Origin: Clostridia bacterium
Lineage (GTDB): Bacteria; Bacillota; Clostridia; Oscillospirales; CAG-272
DNA: 54,329 bases
Reading direction: 5' to 3'
Assembly (NCBI GenBank): GCA_017482465.1
Contig: JAFUMW010000063.1
Location: 1-54,329 of the forward strand
A program made the translations under genes and the position numbers. The notes under the pieces were generated by a model that was not told the DNA's origin, did not search any database, and saw nothing but the letters and a program-made list of their open reading frames with translations. Of this stretch, positions 33,401 through 41,429 are shown in pieces. The first letter of the stretch is position 1. Every line of letters begins with the position of its first letter.

Positions 33401-35245
33401 CTCTCCGACGCCGTCCCCCTCGCTTCCGGGAAGCCATGCGGCAACAAGTCCGTCGATCATATTGTAGTAACCGCCGAGAAGCATCGGACGGCCCGAAACG
33501 AGGATAACGATTATCGGAATGTCCGGATTTTCTCGTCTGATATTCTGCAGGCACATTCCGTCTACTTTAGAAAGCTCAAGATCCTCTTTCGTAGCATCTC
33601 CGTTCGTTTCGGCGTAAGGTGCTTCGCCAATAACAGCTATGGCAACATCATACCCTGTGCTGCCCGTACCGTCAGCAGAATAAGTAACCTCTCGCTCACC
33701 GGCGTTTTTCTCAATACCTTCAAGTATCGTCGTGCCCTCGGTGATGGCACCTGCGCTTCCCTGCCACGATATCGTCCAACCCCCGCACTGAAGTCCTATA
33801 TCGTCAGCGCTCTTACCGCAAACGAATATCTTATCGTTATTTACCAAGTTACCGACAACATCGTTTTCATTCATAAGAAGCACGAGCGACTCGCGTACAG
33901 CCTGTCTTGCAATGTCAAGATGCTCCTCGGATCGGATAGCCGCATCAAGTACGACCGCTTCTTCGTCAGCGTAGCGTCTTTCGTCAAAAAGACCTAACAA
34001 GAACTTGACTCTGAGTATTCTGTAAACAGCGTCGTCAAGCCTTGAGTCGGTGATAAGACCCACGTTATAGCCTATAGTAAGCGACTCAATCGCTTCATCG
34101 ACAAGCTCCACGCTTCCACCGCACATAAACATATCAAGTCCGGCGTTGAAGCAGGATACATGTCGTCTTACAGCAGATGTCTGTGCCGCATATACCTCTG
34201 CCAGATCTTCCGCAGAAGCAAATATACAGTCTGCGTATTTGTCGGTATATGCCTCATGATCCTTCACGTATACATGGGCGTTATAGTCACCGATCACAAA
34301 GCCCTCAAAGCCGAGCCTTTTCTTGAGAAGCTCGGTCAAAAGAAAATAGTTCTGGTGACAACTGAGATTATTTATCTTGTTAAAGGATGCCATCACTGTG
34401 AGCGCTCCCGCCTCTATCGCCGCTTTATACGGAGCTAACTCGGGCATAAGTACGTTTTCTATGTATTCTTCGTCGGTCTGATAATCCTCGGGCAGAACAA
34501 CGTTACCTTGATTCTTGCCGTTTTCAGCACTTCCTTCAAGAGCAAAATGCTTGATGGTTGCGGCAATCGTGTCTGCTCTTTTATAGTCCTCAACAGTCGT
34601 GCCCTGGAATCCGCGCACACTCGCCGCGGTAAGCTTTGCCGCTATGTCAATGTCCTGACTGAAGCCTTCGTACGTACGTCCCCATCTGATATTCTGAGGT
34701 GTTGCCACACAAGGTGCAAAGGTCCAGTGTATACCGCTTGATGCGGTCTCTATGGCTGCCGCACGGGCTATCTTCTCGGTAAGCTCTTCATTATTCGCGG
34801 CACCAAGAGCTATGTTGTGTGGAAATATCGTAGCATCCTTAAGGTGATTATGCCCATGAACCGAGTCTATTCCGTATATTATCGGTATCCCGAATTCAGT
34901 GTCAGCCATAGCAGTCTGATAACCGTCTATCATACTGCGCCAATCATCGGGAGTGTTACCTGTAGACGGCACAGAGCCTCCACCGGCAAGTATAGATCCG
35001 ATCATATACTGATCCATAATGTCAGACGTGATCTTTTCGTGTGATCCCTGAATAAGCTGTCGTATTTTTTGATCGACAGTCATACGCGAAAGCAGATCCT
35101 TCGCCCGTTCTTCTGCCGAAAGTGACGTATCAAGATACAGATACATCTCGCCTTCCTCTGCACATATTCCTATTGATGCAAACAAAGAAAAAAGTATCAT
35201 AAGGCACAAGAAAAGCAAAATCTGAGACAAGACATTTTTTTTCAT
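30404..35245 (-). CDS. secreted multimodular GH3 beta-glycosidase - CBM6-like - 3x (unknown module + Listeria-Bacteroides-type repeat) - type I dockerin
   Basis: Signal peptide MKKNVLSQILLFLCLMILFSLFASIGICA. GH3 motifs GIDSVHGHN and GFEGFVIGDYNAH. CBM6-like ...GGWQTWKSFE...ELRCKNRGANINTLKFE. C-terminal dockerin GDVDGDGYVAASDSVMLERY...ADVDADGEVVSADGVILARY. Confidence 0.85.
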   Translation of the reverse strand: MKKNVLSQILLFLCLMILFSLFASIGICAEEGEMYLYLDTSLSAEERAKDLLSRMTVDQKIRQLIQGSHEKITSDIMDQYMIGSILAGGGSVPSTGNTPDDWRSMIDGYQTAMADTEFGIPIIYGIDSVHGHNHLKDATIFPHNIALGAANNEELTEKIARAAAIETASSGIHWTFAPCVATPQNIRWGRTYEGFSQDIDIAAKLTAASVRGFQGTTVEDYKRADTIAATIKHFALEGSAENGKNQGNVVLPEDYQTDEEYIENVLMPELAPYKAAIEAGALTVMASFNKINNLSCHQNYFLLTELLKKRLGFEGFVIGDYNAHVYVKDHEAYTDKYADCIFASAEDLAEVYAAQTSAVRRHVSCFNAGLDMFMCGGSVELVDEAIESLTIGYNVGLITDSRLDDAVYRILRVKFLLGLFDERRYADEEAVVLDAAIRSEEHLDIARQAVRESLVLLMNENDVVGNLVNNDKIFVCGKSADDIGLQCGGWTISWQGSAGAITEGTTILEGIEKNAGEREVTYSADGTGSTGYDVAIAVIGEAPYAETNGDATKEDLELSKVDGMCLQNIRRENPDIPIIVILVSGRPMLLGGYYNMIDGLVAAWLPGSEGDGVGEVLFNEAYDFTGKLPIDWPASYAGIDNTPTVGEELTGDNLWSLGYGLKKEETSEEFYVDEEVESYALALPGTIKLSEYVASSPEVGTESCSDTDGGKCVNYFENERFVRYLVNIEKSGYYKLTLRAATTRTEYVEDRVTVHRIDGETICGFDVPSTGGWQTWKSFETAGYFEAGEQYIELRCKNRGANINTLKFELLRESAPEGEPYVIIGAEQLEAEMSAGFSRFTYDAATETVKSSAFALADTDACVRLVLDTPATTRYLKLGIEVGGNASANAMVSALATYSNSDATVTLTGYVDLTPVGTYKEVLIDLASLTESDTSGISYEDCSYNDVIKEMYIYPWYASDELGDDAYVTIGYIAAFDDEASASGFSYSDRSIVKYMYGNDLFAVQNVKNGAKLTYPDKKPSGNGYYLVKWDVEEGCVVNGDITVNAIMGKVKPAALFLADDEALTLNASTGITAGQTVYDSFTTHGVYKHFIGSDDYTATDNTRIDAVFSAAGFPSDFRLKESPVIRIDMRSNVANTDLADINLRIAYMDGQIMHTGARLWGVRANYDTSGEWTSFILDLSTAQWTGGQLGASGNYASLTQMSQMTYWDSVWDELPPEAFVFKPYYGGKKLTANDYFDIAAISFFNSVEEAKAYEYSLEEQGYIKVEYTVNGEVFKTQYVESGSSLSYPEDTPSVTNRVFTGWSVPEGMAVTENMTVKASFRRVETVLVRTSDDSSLTYSRSGGLLDPVTVADNSGRYESIKRFNTSASTNADTSLEIRFGEDFFPEGFDIREASVMKIGYRAYNSAGAELIDTMMFIPYLKDSTADADARLWGYEKYYDADGVWNGLIYDLTLDGVSESPHNGWTGGQYGSANSWAGLSRAEGDSWWDGISGGNPKKVTLKPYFKTPTVTAGDYFDIAYIAFFNSVEDAAAYDCTGDDGLLLGDVDGDGYVAASDSVMLERYFAKWSGYGEDVLDLTVADVDADGEVVSADGVILARYLAKWDGYMSLPYVQ

Positions 35246-35381
35246 AACAAATATCCTTTCCGTGTATTTTGGGTGATTGCTGTTAATACACTTCTATTTT
35301 ATCACAGTCAAAAGGAATTTGTCTTTACATAAAAAAACAAATATTTGCACAATACTGTTATCCCCAAAATGATACAATCCG

Positions 35382-35410
35382 TTGACAAACGTCGTTTTTT
35401 CTGATATAAT
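35382..35410 (+). promoter_or_regulatory. promoter of the second AraC-family regulator
   Basis: Consensus TTGACA - 17 nt - TATAAT with TG extension. Confidence 0.55.
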
Positions 35411-35479
35411 CAAAGGAAAGTCACATGTGTAAAAAAATTAGTCATTATCAAAATACTGTAATCAAAGGAGATATTCGGA

Positions 35480-36256
35480 ATGATTGAAGCTCCGGCATAC
35501 GGAGGCCATAAGAATCCGCCCGATTTTGTTCCCACCCGTCCGCCTCACCGCGAGGACTATTGGTTGCTTCTAAATTTCAAAACGGATTTTTCATATATAT
35601 CCAACGGCAAAATGCTTGAAGGCAAATGCGGACAATATCTCATATACAAGCCGCACGAGCCGTCAACTCATACAAGAAGTCCGAGTATGAAGACAGGCCA
35701 CCACAGTCTGTATTTATGGTTTAGGGGAAACGATGCGGACGCAATTATGGCAGAAAGCGGTCTGCCGACGGCAACCCCGTTCAATATACCTGACACATAT
35801 CTTATGCAAAGATGTATACAAGAGCTTTACAGAAGAAAATATCTCACTCCAATATGTCAGGAATATATGGAAAGCGCATTGGTAACAAAGCTACTTACCG
35901 AGCTTGCAAACGAATATCACAGTATTCAGAATCACTCGGTGCAGATAAACCGAAAGATAGCCGAAACACGGAGTATTATGTTTCAGAATTACAGCGAGCA
36001 GTGGACGATCGAAAAGCTTTCTGCCATCGCAGGTTATTCTCAAAGCAGATTTCAACAGCTCTACCGCCTTGCGTACGGACAAAGTCCGATTAACGATCTG
36101 ATACGCTTCAGAATACATTATGCGCAGATCAAGGTAGCCACAGGAAAACTGAACATAACCGAAATAGCAACGGAATGCGGTTTTTCCTCTGTACACTATT
36201 TTTCGCGATGCTTCAAAAAAATTACAGGTAAAACGCCGTCCGAGCTGATCAGATGA
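35480..36256 (+). CDS. AraC family transcriptional regulator
   Basis: RBS aaaggag. C-terminal HTH ...SQSRFQQLYRLAYGQSPINDLIRFRIHYAQ...ITEIATECGFSSVHYFSRCFKKITGKTPSE. Confidence 0.8.
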   Translation: MIEAPAYGGHKNPPDFVPTRPPHREDYWLLLNFKTDFSYISNGKMLEGKCGQYLIYKPHEPSTHTRSPSMKTGHHSLYLWFRGNDADAIMAESGLPTATPFNIPDTYLMQRCIQELYRRKYLTPICQEYMESALVTKLLTELANEYHSIQNHSVQINRKIAETRSIMFQNYSEQWTIEKLSAIAGYSQSRFQQLYRLAYGQSPINDLIRFRIHYAQIKVATGKLNITEIATECGFSSVHYFSRCFKKITGKTPSELIR

Positions 36257-36274
36257 TCAGTCGGACGGCGTTTT
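36230..36274. terminator. bidirectional terminator overlapping both convergent stop codons
   Basis: aaaacgccgtccga (36230-36243) / tcggacggcgtttt (36261-36274), a perfect 14-nt inverted repeat. The araC stop ends at 36256 and the ytvI stop begins at 36257. Confidence 0.6.
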
Positions 36275-37327
36275 GTTACAATCATACACCGCCTTTGCAA
36301 CCGACAAGCCTATCGGCAGACCGAACAGTCCGACAAGCCCGAAAAGGCGTGTTCCAACAAACATTGCTATAAGCGTGAGCGCAGGGTGAAGTCCTACCTC
36401 CTTGCCTACTATCTTCGGCTCGATTATATTGCGTACCACCGTCATAACAGCGTAAACCACAAGCAGTATAACACCGAAGCGTATCTGCCCTGTAATTATT
36501 CTTATCACTCCCCACGGTACAAGTATAAAGCCTATCCCAACGATCGGGAGTATATCAAACATTGCAATAAGCAATGCCGAAGCGGCAGGGTTTTGTGCTC
36601 CAGCGACGGTAAGGCCCAAAAACAGCTCTCCGAATGTAACAAAAAATATAAGCAGATACGATCGGCAATACTTAAACAGCACCGAGCCCGTACATCTTTT
36701 TATTTCAAAAAGCCTCTCTCTCGCCGACCAGGGTATCAGTGAAAGCAAAAAATCGGTTATAAAAGCATAATCGGCGGCAAAAAAGAATGTACTTATGACA
36801 GTCAGGACTATCTCAAGAACAAACATCGGCATATTTGCGACCACTCCCGATATAAATCCGACCGCCTTTGAAGAAAGCGCGCTTATGGCAGTTCCGAGTG
36901 ACAGCTGTGCATCACTGAAAAGTGTACCGTACTCGCTGACGGCTGAATTGTCAAATCGTGCTACAATGTCACTAACAAATTCAAAAAAGCCGGCGAGCAT
37001 CGGTGCGATCGTTTCCGAATAAAAGTCGGGCAGATACCCGAATGCCTTGCCCGCGGCGACAAACAGCTTCACACAGATAACGCTGACAAGTGTGCCGACA
37101 GTTGCGTAAAACAAAAGCACGGCGACAAACGATACAAATTTTTTGGAAAGAGAAAGACGCTTGCTGATCTTTCTTACCGTCGGATTTAAAAGCGACGCTA
37201 CCGCAAAGCCTATAATAAACGGAAGCAAAAGTCCGAGCAAATACTTAAAGATCAGACAAACGATAAGAACTATCACCGCCGCATACGTAAAATTGATGAT
37301 AAAGCGTCTGCGTTTTTCGATATGCAT
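36257..37327 (-). CDS. ytvI: AI-2E family transporter / sporulation integral membrane protein YtvI-like
   Basis: ATG at 37327, 7 nt after AAGGAGG. Multi-TM with LLPFIIGFAVASLLNP motif. Confidence 0.7.
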   Translation of the reverse strand: MHIEKRRRFIINFTYAAVIVLIVCLIFKYLLGLLLPFIIGFAVASLLNPTVRKISKRLSLSKKFVSFVAVLLFYATVGTLVSVICVKLFVAAGKAFGYLPDFYSETIAPMLAGFFEFVSDIVARFDNSAVSEYGTLFSDAQLSLGTAISALSSKAVGFISGVVANMPMFVLEIVLTVISTFFFAADYAFITDFLLSLIPWSARERLFEIKRCTGSVLFKYCRSYLLIFFVTFGELFLGLTVAGAQNPAASALLIAMFDILPIVGIGFILVPWGVIRIITGQIRFGVILLVVYAVMTVVRNIIEPKIVGKEVGLHPALTLIAMFVGTRLFGLVGLFGLPIGLSVAKAVYDCNKTPSD

Positions 37328-37430
37328 CAAACCGCCTCCTTATAAACAGCATCTGTTTACTATTTTATAACTGCAGTGCCCTTTTTATTCAACAAAGCAC
37401 GGCGGCTCAAAACGAGCCGCCGTTTATTTC

Positions 37431-39419
37431 TTATTCCCAATCGGTCAAAAATAATGCCGCGTACGACAGTGTAAGGTGGAAAAGCGAGGCGTTGTGCTTG
37501 GAGTCCTTCCCCCAACCCTCAAAGGTTGTCGTCGCGCCCTCGCGAAGCATCCTCTTCCATGCTCCCTCATCCGACAGAAAACGGTATATCTTCTCCTTAT
37601 CTCCGATACGCTTAAGTCCTGCAAGCAGAGGATACGCGCCGAACAGCATTACTTTGCTAAAGCCCTTTTCATCAACAAAATCAAGCATTCTCTTTTCGCT
37701 TTCAGCGCTTGGGAAAAGTCCGTACATGAATGGGAAAACGTTTGCGACAAGGCTTATATGCTTTGTTTCGACGCTGTCACGGAAAAGTCCGATTTGTTCG
37801 TCAAAGAAAGCATTTAAGTACGCCTGCGTGAGCGTATTTTCATCGCAATAGTCCTCGCGTCCGAGTACACGCGCGATCTTGTTCATATACTTCACCGCGC
37901 CGATATAATGCGCGTTTATGGCGTTGTGCTTGGTTGTGCAGACCTTACCCTCGGTCACGTCAACGTCATAGCCGTCCCTGTATTCGCTCGGCCATTCGAC
38001 AACGCACCATTTATCAAGATTATTTAAAAGCCCGTCGTCTTCCGCATAGCTTTCTCTGTAAAAATCAAGTATGTCGCAGAGTGCGTCGTAATGCTTTTCA
38101 AGATATTCCCTGTCACCGCTGAAGCGGTAATAGCTGTAGAGCATATAATGAAGCATAAGCGGATACTCGGCGATCTCCTGCATGAACGAGCAGGCGGCAC
38201 AGGTCATAAGTCCGCGGTTTACAAAGCGGCTTCTGATGCTGTCGTCCACAAGCTTTTTAAGCATCGAGGCGTCGTGTGTCAGCACCGTGTATGCAAGCGC
38301 GGTATAACAGCCGTCGCCGAGGTAGTTGCCCTTTTCGCGGTCCATGCAGTCTTGTATCACCTCTTGAACGCCGTATTCAAGCGAGTGTACGCACAGCTAC
38401 CATATTCTTAAAAGCTCGGGATCATCTGTGTTCGGTCTTGCCCTCAGCTCAAACGGATAATGACGCGCACGAAGCCGTATATTTCCCACCTTGCAGCCTT
38501 CCGGCAGGTTAAATCTTGCGTATCTGAACGCCTTATAATCAAACTCATTAAGCTTATCGTCTCCGCCCGAAAGTATCCATTCCTCGCGGTACTCGCAATT
38601 AGCACGGATATTATAGCGCAGGCTTTTGTCCTCATTTAACTCCTGCGCGAACAAAAGCGTGATCCTTTCACCCTTTTTGCCCTTCGCGTCGGCACAAAGA
38701 TAGCCAACGTAAGTACTTCCGAAATCGGCTGTGATGCCGTTTTCATCTACGGTAAGCGTTGGTACTATATCCTCAAGCACAAGCATTTCTGACGGCTGAC
38801 TTACAAGAGTATAGTCAATATGCTCTCTGACACAAGCGTTTTTCCACGTGCTGTCATCGTATCCGGGCAGCTCAAAGCCCTCGGCACTCCTTCCGCTTAC
38901 ATAGCGCTCGGCATACTGCGTGTGATAACCGTACTCGTGTCCCATCAGCTCAAAGCCATCGTGATACGCGTACACAAAGCTCTCGTCGGACGATAGTATG
39001 CTCTCGCCGCTTTGTTCAATATCGAGTATGAGTCCGTGCCTGTCGTCTCCGCTTACCCAGACGCGGTTTATCAGACCCTGATAATAGGTATGCACCGCTA
39101 TAATGTTTTCGCCGTCGATGATATGATCGGTTATATCAACGGTGTTGTAGTAATAATTAAAATGGTAGCCCGGAGCAGGACCCTGACAGACAAAGCTTCC
39201 GTTTATATAGAGCTTGTAATAGTCATCCGCCGATATGTATATGTAGGTTTTTGTGCCGGCATTTGCCGAAAATCTCTTTCTGAACAGAATGTGCGCGTTT
39301 TTTGATCCCTTTGCATCGATCACGGTCTTTTCAAGCTGACGGTGAAAAACGTTTACAGGTTCAAGCGAGGCATGCTCCGCAGAGCTTATCCATTTACCCT
39401 TAAAAATATGCTCCTTCAT
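37431..39419 (-). pseudogene. GH78 alpha-L-rhamnosidase interrupted by a single in-frame TAG (38399-38397)
   Basis: ORFs 38397-39419 and 37431-38360 are in the same frame: ...DPELLRIW-TAG-LCVHSLEYGVQEVIQDCMDREKGNYLGDG... N-terminus KGKWIS...YKLYINGSFVCQGPAPG, and DC.DRE..(x)GD plus six-hairpin C-terminus ...TTTFEGWG, are GH78-like. Confidence 0.7.
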
Positions 39420-39436
39420 AGCTCTCTCCCATATTC

Positions 39437-39468
39437 AAAATGCCGCAACCGCTTTAAGCGGTGCGGCA
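39437..39468 (-). terminator. intrinsic terminator of hom
   Basis: Minus strand reads tgccgcaccgc TTAAA gcggttgcggca followed by tttt. Confidence 0.6.
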
Positions 39469-39473
39469 CTTGT

Positions 39474-40661
39474 TCATGCTAACACACGTATTCTTGCTTT
39501 GATCTCGCATCCTTCGTCTGCAAGCGCCTTTTCAAGCTTGCACGCATCAGCTTCGCTCATGGCATCGGTGATATATGCGCCGTCGCCTGCCTTCTTATAT
39601 GAAGCAAGAAGACCGCTTTCACCGCTGACGCGTATGTACTGACGCGAAACAACGTCGGAGAAGTCTGTTATCTCTCCCTCTTCTGCGCGTCTCCATGAGT
39701 AAGAAACGCCGTTTCCGGTAAGAATATTGATAATATCCGAAACGACCGCGCTTGCCGTCGGCATCTTGCCCGCGCCGCGTCCGTAAAGCATTACCTCACC
39801 GACTGCGTCGCCGTTTATCTTGATGCCGTTGAAAACATCGTTGACCGTAGAAAGCGGATCGCTTGCTCCGACAAGCATCGGGCATACGTAAGCGCAAATT
39901 TTATCATTCTCGGCAAAGGTTCTTCCGATAAGCTTTACCGCATACCCTGCGTCAGATGCATTTGCGACGTCAACGCTGTCAATGCTTCTTATGCCCTCGG
40001 TATGTATGCTCTCGGGTGCGATAAGTCTGCCGAATGCGAGGGCGGCAAGTATTGCTATTTTACGGCAGGCGTCGATACCGTCAACATCGGCTGCGGGATT
40101 AGCCTCGGCATATCCCTTTTCGCGCGCCTCGGCAAGCGCCTCGTCAAATGCCGCGCCCGAGGTGTTCATTCGAGTGAGGATATAGTTTGTAGTACCGTTG
40201 AGTATGCCGTCGATCTCCTTGATATCGTTCTGCACAAGTGAGGTGTCGATTGTATGTATAACGGGTATACCGCCGCCGACGCTCGCCTCAAACATGTACG
40301 TAACACCGTTTTCCTTTGCACAGGCAAGAAGCTCAAGTCCGTGTGTGGCAACTACCTCCTTGTTCGAGGTAACAACGCTCTTTTTAGCCTTCATCGCCGA
40401 AAGCGAAAACTCAAGCGCGGGGTGCGAGCCGCCCATCATCTCGGCTACAAGCTCGACCTCGGGGTCGTTTAATATAATATTGTAATCATGTACGACCTTA
40501 TCCGCGTACGGACTGTCCGGGAAATCTCTCAGGTCAAGTATATATTTTACTTCTATCTCGAAGCCGCAACGCTCGCTTATAAGCTTTTTATTCTGTGCAA
40601 GCACGTCGGCGCATCCGCCTCCGACAACTCCGAAACCGAGTATCGCTATATATTTTTTCAC
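39474..40661 (-). CDS. hom: homoserine dehydrogenase
   Basis: KKYIAILGFGVVGGG Rossmann N-terminus, ...TSNKEVVA..., ...SVGGGIPVI..., ACT-like C-terminus. GTG at 40661 is preferred (gaaagg RBS, predicted TSS near 40691). The ORF-track start at 40769 lies upstream of the promoter. Confidence 0.85.
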   Translation of the reverse strand: MKKYIAILGFGVVGGGCADVLAQNKKLISERCGFEIEVKYILDLRDFPDSPYADKVVHDYNIILNDPEVELVAEMMGGSHPALEFSLSAMKAKKSVVTSNKEVVATHGLELLACAKENGVTYMFEASVGGGIPVIHTIDTSLVQNDIKEIDGILNGTTNYILTRMNTSGAAFDEALAEAREKGYAEANPAADVDGIDACRKIAILAALAFGRLIAPESIHTEGIRSIDSVDVANASDAGYAVKLIGRTFAENDKICAYVCPMLVGASDPLSTVNDVFNGIKINGDAVGEVMLYGRGAGKMPTASAVVSDIINILTGNGVSYSWRRAEEGEITDFSDVVSRQYIRVSGESGLLASYKKAGDGAYITDAMSEADACKLEKALADEGCEIKARIRVLA

Positions 40662-40697
40662 GTCTTTCTGCCTTTCTGTAAGCATAATAATAAAAGT

Positions 40698-40726
40698 AGT
40701 ATACCATAACACGGCAAAAAAAGCAA
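40698..40726 (-). promoter_or_regulatory. promoter of hom
   Basis: Minus strand reads TTGCTT - 17 nt - TATACT. Confidence 0.45.
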
Positions 40727-40839
40727 CAAAAATTTTTCCGTTATTAAGGGGTTTTGCCCGTATTTTCACGTATTTTCAAAGGCAAGGAGACGCCAAAAAG
40801 CACTTTTTTCGAAAAATTACAATATTTTTCAAAAAAGTC

Positions 40840-40868
40840 TTTACAAATGCGAAAATCTGTGGTATAAT
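40840..40868 (+). promoter_or_regulatory. promoter of rpsO
   Basis: TTTACA - 17 nt - TATAAT with TG extension (tggTATAAT). Confidence 0.55.
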
Positions 40869-40874
40869 ACACTC

Positions 40875-40978
40875 CGTATGTACCGTTTGCTCGGTTTGCG
40901 GACTAAAGAGCCAAGCGCTGTTTCACCCGCCGCTTGCTGTGCGTACGGTAAATAAAAAATTTATATGAGGTGAAAATC
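40875..40978 (+). promoter_or_regulatory. structured rpsO 5' leader (possible S15 autoregulatory element)
   Basis: ~100-nt leader with complementary segments (taccgt near 40890 / acggta near 40945, plus GC-rich internal arms). S15 translational autoregulation via the leader is known in several phyla. The fold was not verified. Confidence 0.3.
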
Positions 40979-41245
40979 ATGTTACTCAAAGAAGAAAAGA
41001 ACCAGATCATTACCGAGAACAAGCTCCATGACACCGACACAGGCTCGCCTGAGGTTCAGATCGCTATTCTCACAAACCGCATCAACTCTCTCAACGCTCA
41101 TCTTAAGAACAACCCGAAGGACCATCACAGCCGCCGCGGTCTTCTTAAAATGGTCGGACACAGAAGAAATCTTCTCGGCTACCTTGCAAAGAAAGATATC
41201 ATGCGTTACCGCGCAATTATCGAAAAGCTCGGTATAAGAAAGTAA
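40979..41245 (+). CDS. rpsO: 30S ribosomal protein S15
   Basis: ATG after gaggtga. ...[50 protein letters not shown]... Confidence 0.92.
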   Translation: MLLKEEKNQIITENKLHDTDTGSPEVQIAILTNRINSLNAHLKNNPKDHHSRRGLLKMVGHRRNLLGYLAKKDIMRYRAIIEKLGIRK

Positions 41246-41252
41246 AATGCGT

Positions 41253-41292
41253 CAAGCCGTAACCCTATGCTTTCTTTCGGGGTTACGGCTTG
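41253..41292 (+). terminator. rpsO-distal hairpin (partial terminator/processing site)
   Basis: caagccgtaaccc / gggttacggcttg 13-bp stem. The downstream tract aattattctc is only weakly U-rich. Confidence 0.5.
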
Positions 41293-41326
41293 AATTATTC
41301 TCGTTCAAATACGGCAGATTTTCCGA

Positions 41327-41384
41327 GGCTTTAGCAGTTAAACATGTGCCAAAGACCGTTTGACACGTGTTTAAGTGCTAAACC
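41327..41384 (+). promoter_or_regulatory. long imperfect hairpin in the pnp leader
   Basis: gg(c)tttagcagttaaacatgtg ... cacgtgtttaagtgctaaacc, a ~21-bp stem with one bulge and two mismatch/wobble positions, 45 nt upstream of the pnp ATG. Confidence 0.45.
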
Positions 41385-41429
41385 GAAAGGAAACAGAGCC
41401 GTAAATTTATAAATTTAAGGAGAAAAACT

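Noticed and set aside
37431-39419. Treating the two GH78 ORFs as separate genes or as a frameshift
   Set aside because: Codon-by-codon reading shows the same frame on both sides of a single TAG, and the 12 codons between the TAG and GTG 38360 continue GH78-like sequence. It is reported as one interrupted gene.
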